A stretch of 64,000 bases of DNA from Flavobacteriales bacterium (GTDB lineage: Bacteria; Bacteroidota; Bacteroidia; Flavobacteriales; TMED113): the NCBI GenBank assembly GCA_002718035.1, contig PBCX01000004.1:49441-113440 (forward strand), read 5' to 3'. Within the stretch, counting starts at the first letter, position 1, and each line of letters starts with the position of its first letter. Below, one piece after another: positions 19,391 to 29,709 of the stretch. Both the position numbers and the translations under genes were made by a program. Below the pieces are notes generated by a model that worked only from the letters and a program-made list of their open reading frames with translations, did no database searches and was not told where the DNA came from.

Positions 19391-19906
19391 TTAATTATTT
19401 AGAAGATTATTTATTTTATTTTTCATTTCATTAAATTCATTTCTTTCAAATAGTCTGGTAAGAAAAGCAATATTGCCTTTTTTATCTATTATAACGTTTC
19501 TTGTTACGCCTGCTTTATTTTCTGCAAAAAGATTGAATATTTTTGAATTTTCATCTCTAAAAATAGGGTAGGTTACTTCAGTTTTTTCAATCATTTGAGT
19601 TATTTCTTTTGTTCCCTGTGGATATTGTTCAGTATCTTTTGCTAGTGCAATTAAAACAAAATCTTCATTTTCCTTGTGCTTTAACCATATTTCTTTCTCA
19701 ATATATGGCATTTCACGAATACAAACTGAACACCAACTAGCTGTAAATTGTAACATGATAACTTTACCTTTATTTTGTTTAAAAAAGTTTTTTTCATTAA
19801 TAGAAAATTCGGGAGATTTATCTCCAATGTTAACAATATAACCTCTCTTTTCTTGACAAAAATTAATTAAAGGAATTAAAAATAAGAAAATAAATATTTT
19901 TTTCAT
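19391..19906 (-). CDS. TlpA/AhpC-like thiol:disulfide oxidoreductase (thioredoxin fold), secreted
   Basis: 171 aa with a signal peptide. It has a WCSVC CxxC motif in the context LQFTASWCSVCIREMP. Confidence 0.8.
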   Translation of the reverse strand: MKKIFIFLFLIPLINFCQEKRGYIVNIGDKSPEFSINEKNFFKQNKGKVIMLQFTASWCSVCIREMPYIEKEIWLKHKENEDFVLIALAKDTEQYPQGTKEITQMIEKTEVTYPIFRDENSKIFNLFAENKAGVTRNVIIDKKGNIAFLTRLFERNEFNEMKNKINNLLNN

Positions 19907-21139
19907 TTAATTCATTTTAGTTCTTAAATTTTTGTCTAAGTTTTCTAAAAAAGTCTCTGTGTTTACATAATGACTTTCATTTAAATCTTTTCCATGTATA
20001 CAAAGAGCTAAATCTTTGGTCATGACACCATTTTCAACAGTCTCAACACAAACCTTTTCTAAAATATTGCAAAAATTTATTAACTCTATATTATCATCTA
20101 ATTTTCCTCTAAATGATAAACCTCTAGTCCAAGCAAATATTGATGCAATTGGATTAGTTGATGTTTGCTTTCCTTTTTGATGTTGTCTAAAGTGTCTGGT
20201 AACAGTACCATGTGCTGCTTCTGCTTCCATTACATCTCCAGCAGGTGTTAATAGTGTTGATGTCATTAATCCTAATGATCCAAATCCTTGAGCTACTGTA
20301 TCTGATTGCACATCACCATCGTAATTTTTACAGGCCCAAACAAATCCTCCGTTCCATTTTAATGCGGCTGCAACCATATCGTCAATTAATCTATGTTCAT
20401 AAGTTAAGCTAAGTGATTCGAACTTTGCTTTAAATTCTTTTTGATACACTTCTTCAAAAATATCTTTGAATCTGCCATCATATGCTTTTAGAATAGTATT
20501 TTTTGTTGATAAATATAGAGGCCATTTTTTATCTATAGCCTTATTGAAACAAGACCTGGCAAATCCGTAAATAGATTCGTCAGTATTATACATGCTCATT
20601 GCAACTCCACCTGTGTTCTTGTATTCATAGATTTCCCAATTTTTTTTTGTACCATCTTCGGCTTCAAACGACATAAATAATTTTCCAGGACCTTTTATTA
20701 CAACGTCAGTTGCTTTATATTGATCACCAAAAGCATGCCTGCCAATACATATTGGTTTTGTCCAATTTGGTACTAGTCTTGGAATATTTTTACAAATTAT
20801 TGGTTCTCTGAATACAGTACCTCCAACTATATTACGTATTGTTCCATTAGGAGATCTCCACATCTTTTTTAAATTAAATTCTTTGACTCTGTCTTCGTCT
20901 GGTGTAATAGTAGCGCATTTAATCCCAACTTTATATTTTTTGATAGCATTTGCGGCATCAATTGTAATTTGATCGTTTGTTTTATCTCTACTTTCTATTC
21001 CCAAGTCATAATATTTAATATCTAAATTAACATATGGAAATATTAATTTTTCTTTTATAAAATCCCAAATAATTCTGGTCATTTCATCACCATCCAACTC
21101 AACAATTGGATTAAGAACTTTAATTTTTTTATTATCCAT
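19907..21139 (-). CDS. icd: NADP-dependent isocitrate dehydrogenase (homodimeric, eukaryote-like subfamily II)
   Basis: 410 aa. [25 protein letters not shown] and NYDGDVQSD are hallmark segments of IDH1/2-like enzymes. Confidence 0.93.
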   Translation of the reverse strand: MDNKKIKVLNPIVELDGDEMTRIIWDFIKEKLIFPYVNLDIKYYDLGIESRDKTNDQITIDAANAIKKYKVGIKCATITPDEDRVKEFNLKKMWRSPNGTIRNIVGGTVFREPIICKNIPRLVPNWTKPICIGRHAFGDQYKATDVVIKGPGKLFMSFEAEDGTKKNWEIYEYKNTGGVAMSMYNTDESIYGFARSCFNKAIDKKWPLYLSTKNTILKAYDGRFKDIFEEVYQKEFKAKFESLSLTYEHRLIDDMVAAALKWNGGFVWACKNYDGDVQSDTVAQGFGSLGLMTSTLLTPAGDVMEAEAAHGTVTRHFRQHQKGKQTSTNPIASIFAWTRGLSFRGKLDDNIELINFCNILEKVCVETVENGVMTKDLALCIHGKDLNESHYVNTETFLENLDKNLRTKMN

Positions 21140-21143
21140 TTTT

Positions 21144-22895
21144 TTATTCTTTAATTTCTAAATTTAATTTTTTTATTAGTTCAACTACACTTGGTTTTTC
21201 ACTTATTATGAATTTTAACTTATCTTCATTAGTATATAGTAATTTATCTTCTTTAATTTTTTCCAATTTTACAACTATCCTAATATAGTTTACTTTAGCT
21301 TTATTTTTTAGTAAATCTACAATTAGATTATTGTTGTCTAATATTTCTTTTTTTTGAGTTTCACTTTGAACTTTAATTTCAATATTGTTGTCTTTAATCT
21401 GTATGTTTTTTTGGTTTAAAAGTGTAGAATAAAGATTCATTTTTCCAGTATTTTTTAGATGATTACAAAGTTCCAGCCAATAAGGTTGGAGAGTATTATT
21501 ATTTAAAGAAATTAAATCTTCTACTTCTTCTTTATCTACACTTTTTTCTTGATTAGGTTTGTCATTTTTTAAACATTCTTGAATAGTTTTCCCTAAAATA
21601 GATGTTTCCATTATAGGATCTTCATTTTTTTTTTCAATATCAACTTGAGTCGTTGATTCTTCTAAATTTTTTTGATCAATTTTAGTGTCGGTTTCTGCAA
21701 TTTTTTTTTGATCTATAATTTTGGAATCTTCTTCTAAATTTTTTTCATCCTCTTGTTTAACATTTTTAATTAATGGTATTTCTTCATTTTTTTTTTTTTG
21801 TTCAAATTTATCTGGAGGGTCAATTACATTTTTTTTTTTGTTTGAACTATTTATTGAGCATAGTTGCATTAAGCATAATTCAACTAAAAATCTTTTATTA
21901 AAAGAGCTATTATATTGTCTTTGACTGTCTAGTAAAATGTCAAGATAGCTCAAAATATTTTCAGTAGAGATGATTTTACTTAATTCAACAAGATGTAATT
22001 TAGTTTCACTGTCGCATTTAATTATTTCAATAGAACTTTGATTTTTACATAAAATGATATTTCTATAAAATTCTATTAAAGATATTACTAAATCTTTTCC
22101 TTCAAATCCTTTTTCAATTAAGTTGTTAAAGTCGATAAGAGTTTCGTGAATTTTTTTATTGTAAATTTTTTCAATAAATGATAAAATTCTTTTCGAGTTT
22201 AGTGATTTTAATAATATCTCAACATCTTCATGGATCCAATTTTTACCACAAAAACTTATTATTTTATCAAATGTAGATAATGCATCTCTAAGTGCACCAT
22301 CTGCTGATTCAGATATTAATTTAATTGACTTTTCATCAACTATTAATTCTTCTTTTTCAACAAGTGAAAATAGATGATTTCTAATATCTGTAGAATTTAT
22401 TCTATGAAACTCAAAAATTTGACATCTAGATAAAATTGTTGGAATTAGTTTTTGTTTTTCTGTAGTTGCTAAAATAAATACACAGTATTTTGGGGGTTCT
22501 TCAAGAGTTTTTAAAAAAGCATTGAATGCAGCTTTAGACAACATGTGAACCTCATCAATGATATATACTTTATATTTTCCATTTTGTGGGGGAATTCTGG
22601 TTTGAGCTACTAAGTCTCTGATGTCATCAACACTATTATTTGACGCTGCATCAAGTTCAAAGATATTAAAAATGCCATCTTGCTTTTTATCAATGTTTAT
22701 ATTATTAATTTTATTGGCAAAAATCCTTGCGCAAGTAGTTTTTCCTACACCTCTTGGTCCACAAAAAATATATGCGTGAGAAATTTGATTGTTACTAATA
22801 GCATTAATTAAAGTTTTAGTAACATGACTTTGTCCTATTACATCTTCAAAATTTTTTGGTCTATATTTTCTGGCAGACACTAAATATTCCGGCAT
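21144..22895 (-). CDS. dnaX: DNA polymerase III subunit gamma/tau
   Basis: 583 aa. It has the Walker A motif [17 protein letters not shown] and the SRC motif (ILSRCQ). The C-terminal half is a K/E/D/N-rich linker plus a tau-specific region. Confidence 0.93.
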   Translation of the reverse strand: MPEYLVSARKYRPKNFEDVIGQSHVTKTLINAISNNQISHAYIFCGPRGVGKTTCARIFANKINNINIDKKQDGIFNIFELDAASNNSVDDIRDLVAQTRIPPQNGKYKVYIIDEVHMLSKAAFNAFLKTLEEPPKYCVFILATTEKQKLIPTILSRCQIFEFHRINSTDIRNHLFSLVEKEELIVDEKSIKLISESADGALRDALSTFDKIISFCGKNWIHEDVEILLKSLNSKRILSFIEKIYNKKIHETLIDFNNLIEKGFEGKDLVISLIEFYRNIILCKNQSSIEIIKCDSETKLHLVELSKIISTENILSYLDILLDSQRQYNSSFNKRFLVELCLMQLCSINSSNKKKNVIDPPDKFEQKKKNEEIPLIKNVKQEDEKNLEEDSKIIDQKKIAETDTKIDQKNLEESTTQVDIEKKNEDPIMETSILGKTIQECLKNDKPNQEKSVDKEEVEDLISLNNNTLQPYWLELCNHLKNTGKMNLYSTLLNQKNIQIKDNNIEIKVQSETQKKEILDNNNLIVDLLKNKAKVNYIRIVVKLEKIKEDKLLYTNEDKLKFIISEKPSVVELIKKLNLEIKE

Positions 22896-22970
22896 TAAAT
22901 AAATTTTTATATTTTACTTTAAATTTATGAAATATTACAATTAACCTTACTAGTTGTTTGGAATATTTTG

Positions 22971-23002
22971 TTTGTTTATTTATCTAATAATGTTTACATT
23001 TG
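22971..23002 (+). promoter_or_regulatory. Bacteroidota sigma-A type promoter for rpsF-rpsR-rplI
   Basis: TTTG (22971-22974), a 20-nt spacer, then TACATTTG (22995-23002). This matches the -33 TTTG / -7 TAnnTTTG consensus and lies 47 nt upstream of the rpsF ATG. Confidence 0.5.
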
Positions 23003-23005
23003 CCG

Positions 23006-23024
23006 ACCTCATTATGAATGAGGT
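23006..23024 (+). promoter_or_regulatory. 5'-UTR stem-loop of rpsF mRNA (candidate autoregulatory or stabilising leader)
   Basis: Perfect 7-bp stem ACCTCAT / ATGAGGT with loop TATGA. It starts about 4 nt after the -7 element, close to the predicted transcription start. Confidence 0.35.
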
Positions 23025-23048
23025 TTAAAATTTTTTAAAAAAAATAAA

Positions 23049-23402
23049 ATGATGCATTACGAAACAGTCTTTATTGTTAATCCTGTTTTATCGGAGGAAC
23101 AAGCAGATCAAACAGCAAAAAAATATGAGGATTTTTTAAAATCTAAAGATTCCGAAATAGTGTCAAAAGAATCATGGGGTTTAAAAAAACTTGCTTATTC
23201 AATTCAGAAAAAAAAATCAGGCTTTTATTTTTTATTTGAGTTCAAATCAAATAATGAAAATATAATTTCTGATATTGAGTTAGATTTTAAGAGAGATGAA
23301 AAAGTTATGAGATGGTTGACGGTAAAATTAGATAAGCATTCGATTGCTTATGCTGAAAATAGGAGAGCTAGGTTAAATAAAAAAGATGAAAAAATTAATT
23401 AA
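23049..23402 (+). CDS. rpsF: 30S ribosomal protein S6
   Basis: 117 aa. The N-terminus [17 protein letters not shown] is typical of S6, and the gene heads the rpsF-rpsR-rplI order. Confidence 0.93.
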   Translation: MMHYETVFIVNPVLSEEQADQTAKKYEDFLKSKDSEIVSKESWGLKKLAYSIQKKKSGFYFLFEFKSNNENIISDIELDFKRDEKVMRWLTVKLDKHSIAYAENRRARLNKKDEKIN

Positions 23403-23404
23403 TA

Positions 23405-23695
23405 ATGGAAACTAAATTAGAAAAAGTAGAAAATACTTCAGAATTGAGATATCTTACACCTGTTGACATGGAAGTCAAGAGTGGGAAAAAATATTGTAGA
23501 TTCAAAAAAATGAAAATCAAGTATATTGATTATAAAGACCCAGATTTTTTATTACGTTTTCTAAATGAACAAGGGAAAATATTGCCAAGAAGAATTACAG
23601 GTAATTCTCTAAAGTTCCAAAGAAAAGTTGCTCAAGCTATAAAAAGAGCTAGGCACCTAGGGTTATTACCATTTGTTTCAGATCTATTAAAATAA
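23405..23695 (+). CDS. rpsR: 30S ribosomal protein S18
   Basis: 96 aa. The segment [28 protein letters not shown]...[19 protein letters not shown] is typical of S18. Confidence 0.93.
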   Translation: METKLEKVENTSELRYLTPVDMEVKSGKKYCRFKKMKIKYIDYKDPDFLLRFLNEQGKILPRRITGNSLKFQRKVAQAIKRARHLGLLPFVSDLLK

Positions 23696-23700
23696 ATATT

Positions 23701-24153
23701 ATGGAAGTTATTCTAAAAAAGGATGTTTTAAATTGTGGTTTTAAAGATGATATTGTAAGAGTTAAAGATGGTTATGCTAGAAACTTTTTAATTCCACAAG
23801 GGTTTGCAGTTTTAGCAAATGATTCTACCAAAAAAATTTTAGCTGAAAATTTAAAACAAAGAAGTCATAAAGAGACCACTTTGATTAAAGATGCTGAAGA
23901 ATTAAAGAAAAAATTAATTGATACCGCATTAATAGTTAAAGCAAAAGTTTCAGAGGATGGCTCAAGCTTATTCGGTTCTGTTACTAGTGCAATATTTTCT
24001 GAAAAATTATCAAAATTAGGCTTTGAAATTGATAAAAAATACATCAAATTAGGCCCTTCAACTATTATTAAAAAGTTGGGAAAGTACACTGCTAATATCA
24101 GGTTACATAGGGACGTAATCGCCAATTTGGATTTTGAGGTTGTAAAAGAATAG
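23701..24153 (+). CDS. rplI: 50S ribosomal protein L9
   Basis: 150 aa. The N-terminus MEVILKKDV...VKDGYARNFLIPQGFA is typical of L9. Confidence 0.93.
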   Translation: MEVILKKDVLNCGFKDDIVRVKDGYARNFLIPQGFAVLANDSTKKILAENLKQRSHKETTLIKDAEELKKKLIDTALIVKAKVSEDGSSLFGSVTSAIFSEKLSKLGFEIDKKYIKLGPSTIIKKLGKYTANIRLHRDVIANLDFEVVKE

Positions 24154-24255
24154 CCTTTTTATAACACCACAACTTAAATTATTTTAGTCAAAATTATATT
24201 TGGCTAATTAATTCTTTTCTATAAAATTTCAATTTAATTATATTTTTTTACAAGA

Positions 24256-27057
24256 TTAGTATGAAAGTAAGTGACCAGGTTTTGATGAAAGATCTTGGCT
24301 GGGTGGAGCAAATTGAGTTAATTCGATCCCTTTAACAGATAATTTGTATTCTTCAGTAGTTGGAGTCCTTCCTAGAATTGCAGATAAAACAACCACCGGA
24401 GTAGAAGCGAGTAATGATTCACCCTTTTTTCTCTTTGAGTCTGCAACAACTCGTCCTTGAAACAACCTGGTTGAAGTAGCCATTACTGTGTCTCCTTTTT
24501 CCGCTTTTTCTTGATTACCCATACATAAATTACATCCAGGTCGCTCAAGGTAAAGGATATTTTCATAGTTTGTACGTGCAATTGTTTTAGGATTATTATC
24601 ATTGAACTCAAACCCAGAGTATTTTTTTAGAATTTCCCAATCCCCTTCTTCTATAAGTTCTTCAATTATATTATATGTGGGAGCTGTAACAACAAGAGGA
24701 GCTTTGAACTCTACTTTACCACTAATTTTTTCTAAGTTTTTCAGCATTTTGGCTACGATTTTCATATCTCCTTTATGAACCATACATGAACCGACAAATC
24801 CTAAATCAACAATTTTTTCTCCTTTATAAAACGAAAGTTTTCTTATTGTATCATGGGTATATCTCTTAGAAATGTCATTATTATAAACATCAGGATCGGC
24901 AATCATAGGTTCATTAATAATATCTAAGTCAACAGTGAATTTTGCGAAATACTCAGCGTTAGAATCAGGAGCTAAAGGAGTTTCTTTACCAGATTTAATT
25001 TCTTCAACTCTGTTATTTGCTTTATCAATTAATCCTTGGAGAACTCCTTCTTTGTTATCCATTCCTTTATTAATCATTATCTGAATTCTTTTTTTTGCAA
25101 TTTCTAAGGATTGAATTAGAGTGTCTGGTTCAGAAATACAGATCGAAGCCTTAGCCTTCATCTCAGCTGTCCAGTCAGTAAATGTGAAAGCTTGGTCAGC
25201 TAAAAGTGTACCTAAATGAACTTCAATGATTCTACCTTGGAAAACATTTTCACCTTTAAAATGATCAAGCATTTGAGATTGAGTAGCGTGAACAACGTCA
25301 CGAAAGTCCATATGTTTTGCCATTTTCCCTTTAAAAGATACTTTTACAGACTCTGGAATAGGCATAGATGCTTCACCGGTTGCTAGTGCTAGAGCAACTG
25401 TTCCTGAATCAGCTCCAAATGCAACTCCTTTTGACATTCTAGTGTGAGAATCGCCCCCTATTATAATTGCTCTATCATCAATAGTAAGATCATTTAGAAC
25501 TTTATGAATCACATCTGTTAATGGATGATATATTTCCTGTGGATCGCGTCCAGTTATAAGGCCGAAATTATTCATAAACTTCATTAGTCTAGGAGTATTT
25601 TCTTGAGCCTTAATATCCCAAACAGAAGCTGTGTGGCAACCGGATTGATACCCTGCATCAATGGTAGGTGAAATAATAGTTGCGGCCATCATTTCTAGTT
25701 CCTGAGCCGTCATTAGTCCTGTTGTATCTTGAGAGCCAACGATATTTACGTTTACTCTTACATATGAACCTGCATGTAATTTTTCTTTCTTATTTCCAAC
25801 TACATTATTATTAAAGATTTTTTCCACTGCTGTAAAGCCTTGGTTTTCATTGAAAATCTCCTTTGAATTTGCGAAAACTGTGGGAGTATCTATTTCTAAA
25901 GTTTTAGCAGCAAATGTTTGTAGCTTCTTGCCAAATACAATTGCATAAGAACCTTTAGCTCTTATGAATTCCATTTTTTGTGGTGTAAGAGAGGATGAAA
26001 TGTCGATTAATTCATTTCCAGAATCATCGTAAAGTTTCTTTTTCTTCGTATTAATTATTAGAACAGTACCCGTGTCAACTGAATATTTTTGTTTTAATAT
26101 TGGGTTTCCTTTTTCATCAACTATTAGATTTCCTTTTTTATCAAAATTTTTAATCCAATTATTTAAATCAATACCAATTCCACCCGTTACCCCTACAGTA
26201 GTCAAAAAAATGGGAGATATTCCATTTGTGCCGGCAACGATAGGAGCTATGTTAATAAATGGAACATAAGGACTAGCTTGTTTGCCAATCCATAATGCTA
26301 CGTTATTAACGCCAGACATTCTTGATGAACCAACACCCATAGTTCCTTTTTCAGAAAGAAGCATTATTCTTTTGTTGGGATGTTTTTTTTGAAGGGCAAG
26401 TAACTCATTTTGTTTTTTTTCATTAAACTCAAACATACATTTTCCATGAAGTTCTCTATCAGATCTAGAATGGGCTTGGTTACCTGGAGATAATAAATCA
26501 GTTGAAATATCACCAATACCGGCAACATATGTAACTACTGCTATTTCTTCTTCAACTTCAGGTAATTTTGTGAAAAATTCTGCTTTTGCATAACTCTTTA
26601 TTATATCCTTAGCAATTTCATTATTATTGAAGTATGCTTTTTTTAATCTATCTGTGTCAGCTTCATATAAAAAGACTTGTGTTTTTAGAACCTTAGCAGC
26701 TTTATTTGCAATATTAATATTCTTTCCAAGAGCAAGGTCTAATAAAAATTTAACAGATGGTCCTCCCTTCATGTGAGATAATAATTCAAAAGCAAAATCA
26801 TCATTAATTTCATCTACTATTTCTTTTTTTGTAATAATATCTTTCAAAAATTTTGCCTTGTATTTAGCTGCACTTGTAGTACCTGGTAGAGTGTTAAATA
26901 TGAAGAATTTTAAGGATTTTTCTCTGTAAGTATTATTTTTATCCTTGATGTTATCAATAATTTCTTTAATGAGATTACTATCATCTATTGGCTTTGGTTT
27001 AAGTCCTTCTTCTTCTCTTTTTTCTATGTCTTTAATATATTTTTTAAAAAAACTCAT
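24256..27057 (-). CDS. acnB: aconitate hydratase B (bifunctional aconitase 2 / 2-methylisocitrate dehydratase type)
   Basis: 933 aa. It has an AcnB-type N-terminal HEAT-like domain (REEEGLKPKPID), then swivel and catalytic domains with GGDSHTRM and CNLCMGNQ cluster-ligand motifs. Confidence 0.92.
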   Translation of the reverse strand: MSFFKKYIKDIEKREEEGLKPKPIDDSNLIKEIIDNIKDKNNTYREKSLKFFIFNTLPGTTSAAKYKAKFLKDIITKKEIVDEINDDFAFELLSHMKGGPSVKFLLDLALGKNINIANKAAKVLKTQVFLYEADTDRLKKAYFNNNEIAKDIIKSYAKAEFFTKLPEVEEEIAVVTYVAGIGDISTDLLSPGNQAHSRSDRELHGKCMFEFNEKKQNELLALQKKHPNKRIMLLSEKGTMGVGSSRMSGVNNVALWIGKQASPYVPFINIAPIVAGTNGISPIFLTTVGVTGGIGIDLNNWIKNFDKKGNLIVDEKGNPILKQKYSVDTGTVLIINTKKKKLYDDSGNELIDISSSLTPQKMEFIRAKGSYAIVFGKKLQTFAAKTLEIDTPTVFANSKEIFNENQGFTAVEKIFNNNVVGNKKEKLHAGSYVRVNVNIVGSQDTTGLMTAQELEMMAATIISPTIDAGYQSGCHTASVWDIKAQENTPRLMKFMNNFGLITGRDPQEIYHPLTDVIHKVLNDLTIDDRAIIIGGDSHTRMSKGVAFGADSGTVALALATGEASMPIPESVKVSFKGKMAKHMDFRDVVHATQSQMLDHFKGENVFQGRIIEVHLGTLLADQAFTFTDWTAEMKAKASICISEPDTLIQSLEIAKKRIQIMINKGMDNKEGVLQGLIDKANNRVEEIKSGKETPLAPDSNAEYFAKFTVDLDIINEPMIADPDVYNNDISKRYTHDTIRKLSFYKGEKIVDLGFVGSCMVHKGDMKIVAKMLKNLEKISGKVEFKAPLVVTAPTYNIIEELIEEGDWEILKKYSGFEFNDNNPKTIARTNYENILYLERPGCNLCMGNQEKAEKGDTVMATSTRLFQGRVVADSKRKKGESLLASTPVVVLSAILGRTPTTEEYKLSVKGIELTQFAPPSQDLSSKPGHLLSY

Positions 27058-27176
27058 GGTTATTGACTAGCTATTTCGCTAATGTTATTTATTTTTACGC
27101 TACAAATTTAATAAAATACATGTTTTTATGAGCGTATTTATTAATTTTATATTTTTCAAATAAAGCTGTTTTTTTT

Positions 27177-28514
27177 ATGAGATTAATTTCTTTAATTTTT
27201 GCAAGAATTTTTGCTAGATTTTTTGATAAAAATTTTAAGTTTTTTAATCATTTAAAAAACAAAAGAGAGATTGTTGCTTGGTCTTTTTATGATTTTGCAA
27301 ACCAACCTTTCACAACAATTATAATTACTTTTCTATTTGCGCCTTATTTTGCTGATGTTATTTGTTCTTCAGAAGAAATCAATGGTATAGGTTTATGGAG
27401 CTTGGGAATTGCTATAACAGGTATTTTTGTAGCTATTATTTCGCCAATAATAGGAGCAATTTCGGATACTGGAGGCTTCAGAAAATATTTTTTTGTTTTG
27501 TCGACATGGTTATGTATTATTTCTACAGCCTGCTTATTTTTTTTTAAAGAAGGAGATGTTTTTTCTGCACTAGTCTATGTTATAATTGCAAATATAGGAT
27601 TTGAATTAGGTACAGTAATTTGTAACTCATATCTCTCTGAAATATCAGATAGAAAAAATATTGGTAAAATTTCAGGTTTTGCTTGGGGATTAGGATTTTT
27701 AGGTGGACTAATATCGTTAATAATAATTTTGACCCTAATGATATTTTTACCTATGATTTTTACGAATGTTATTAATATAGAATTTAAGATTGTTAGGATT
27801 TCAGCGGTTATTGTTGCTCTATGGTTTGCAATATTTAGTATCCCTGTATTTTTTTTAGTTAGGGAAAAAAAATCTGAAAAATTAACAAAGAGCCATGTAA
27901 AAAAATCTTTTAACTCAATTCTCGAAACATTTTATCAGATTAAAAAATATAAGAAGTTAGTTAGATTTTTAATAGCTAGGCTTTTTTATAATGATGCTTT
28001 AATTACAATATTTGCACTCGGTGGTGCATACGCTATAGAAACATTGAATTTTACATTAATTGAAACATTAATATTAGGGATAGTTCTAAATATTTTTGCC
28101 TGTATAGGATCATTTTTATTCGGAAGACTTGAAGATACATACGGACCAAAATGGTGTATAGAAATTAGTATAATTACTTTATTCATAGCTGTTTTATTAG
28201 CTTTTTTTGCTCCTTTCTTTTCCAATTTGTTAGTAGGTAAATCGATTTTTTGGTTTGCAGGAATTTTAATAGGAATTATGACAGGGCCTAGTCAGTCTTG
28301 TAGTAGATCACTTATGGCAAGATTAACTCCATTTGAAAAAACCAATGAATTTTTTGGATTTTATGCCTTCACTGGTAAAGCAACCGCTTTTTTAGGTCCT
28401 TTTATTTTCGCATTATTATCGGTTTATTCTCCCCAACTAGGTTTATTGATTGTTGTTTTATTTTTTTTAATAGGTTATTTGATTTTTAAACCCCTAAAGT
28501 TAAATAATGAATAA
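27177..28514 (+). CDS. MFS transporter, UMF1/Atg22-like family
   Basis: 445 aa with about 12 TM segments. The N-terminal segment VAWSFYDFANQPFTTII is characteristic of UMF1. It overlaps the next gene by 8 nt. Confidence 0.8.
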   Translation: MRLISLIFARIFARFFDKNFKFFNHLKNKREIVAWSFYDFANQPFTTIIITFLFAPYFADVICSSEEINGIGLWSLGIAITGIFVAIISPIIGAISDTGGFRKYFFVLSTWLCIISTACLFFFKEGDVFSALVYVIIANIGFELGTVICNSYLSEISDRKNIGKISGFAWGLGFLGGLISLIIILTLMIFLPMIFTNVINIEFKIVRISAVIVALWFAIFSIPVFFLVREKKSEKLTKSHVKKSFNSILETFYQIKKYKKLVRFLIARLFYNDALITIFALGGAYAIETLNFTLIETLILGIVLNIFACIGSFLFGRLEDTYGPKWCIEISIITLFIAVLLAFFAPFFSNLLVGKSIFWFAGILIGIMTGPSQSCSRSLMARLTPFEKTNEFFGFYAFTGKATAFLGPFIFALLSVYSPQLGLLIVVLFFLIGYLIFKPLKLNNE

Positions 28515-29709
28515 TAGTAATTACGATATTATTGTAGTTGGCGGTGGTCTAGTTGGACTTTCTGCAGCTTATAAAATTCAAAAAAAATTCCCCCAAAAAA
28601 AAATATTACTAGTAGAAAAAGAAAAGAGACTTGCATTTCATCAGAGCGGAAGGAATTCAGGCGTTTTACACTCTGGTTTATATTATAAACCTGGATCTTA
28701 TAGAGCTAAAAATTGTGTTATTGGACGTCAACAACTAGTTTCATTTGCAAAAAAACATAGAATTAATCATGATGTGTGCGGAAAACTAGTTTTAGCTGTT
28801 AATCAAAAAGAAAAAGATAAATTACCAGCTTTATTAGAAAAAGGAAAAAAAAATGGTTTAGCTGGATTAAAAATAATTAATAGGAAACAAATTAAAGAAA
28901 TAGAGCCTTTTGTCGATGGACTAGCGGCTATTTGGGTACCTCAAACAGGTATAATTGATTATATACAGCTTGCAGAATGTATTAAAAATGAAATAATAAA
29001 AATAAATAATCTTTCAGTTGTTCTTACTGATTGTAAGGTTTCTGATTTTGATCATAAGTCAATAATTACAAATCAAGGTGTTTTTAACGGTAAAAACTTT
29101 ATTTTTTGTGGTGGTCTTTTTTCAGATAGATTAGCAAAAAAAGATAATCTAAAATTAGATCTAAAAATCGTTTCTTTCCGAGGAGAATACTATCAGCTAA
29201 AGAGTAATTCTAAGCATAAAATTAGAAATTTAGTTTATCCCGTACCTAATCCGGAATTTCCATTTTTGGGTGTTCACTTTACTAGAATGACTGATGGTAA
29301 TATTGAATGTGGTCCAAATGCAGTTTTTACATTTAAAAGGGAGGGATATAAAAAAGGAGATTTTAATTTCAGTGACACAATAGATTCTTTGTCTTATTTA
29401 CCAATTTGGAAATTATTTTTTAAGCATTGGAGATTTGGTTTAGATGAGTACAAGAGATCATTTTCAAAGAGGTTATTTTTAAGGCAATTACAAGTTATGA
29501 TGCCTTCTTTAACTATGGATGATATTGAACCCGGAAGAACTGGGGTTAGAGCGATGGCTTTGGGTAAAAATGGAGATGTTATTGATGACTTTAGAATCGT
29601 AGAAAATAGAACGAATATTCATGTTTTGAATGCTCCATCACCAGCTGCAACAGCTTGTTTGTCTATCGGGGATCATATTTTAAAAAAATATATTTCTTTA
29701 ATTAGTTAA
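28507..29709 (+). CDS. lhgO: L-2-hydroxyglutarate oxidase-like FAD-dependent oxidoreductase
   Basis: 400 aa. It has the dinucleotide-binding N-terminus YDIIVVGGGLVGLSAAYK. The segments HQSGRNSGVLHSGLYYKPGS and NAPSPAATA are as in LhgO/YgaF. Confidence 0.8.
   Translation: MNNSNYDIIVVGGGLVGLSAAYKIQKKFPQKKILLVEKEKRLAFHQSGRNSGVLHSGLYYKPGSYRAKNCVIGRQQLVSFAKKHRINHDVCGKLVLAVNQKEKDKLPALLEKGKKNGLAGLKIINRKQIKEIEPFVDGLAAIWVPQTGIIDYIQLAECIKNEIIKINNLSVVLTDCKVSDFDHKSIITNQGVFNGKNFIFCGGLFSDRLAKKDNLKLDLKIVSFRGEYYQLKSNSKHKIRNLVYPVPNPEFPFLGVHFTRMTDGNIECGPNAVFTFKREGYKKGDFNFSDTIDSLSYLPIWKLFFKHWRFGLDEYKRSFSKRLFLRQLQVMMPSLTMDDIEPGRTGVRAMALGKNGDVIDDFRIVENRTNIHVLNAPSPAATACLSIGDHILKKYISLIS

Noticed and set aside
24185-24206. 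Hairpin TAGTCAAA-ATTATA-TTTGGCTA downstream of rplI, considered as a possible terminator.
   Set aside because: The stem is AT-rich with a G-U pair, and no clean U-tract follows directly. It is much weaker than the two terminators I did call.
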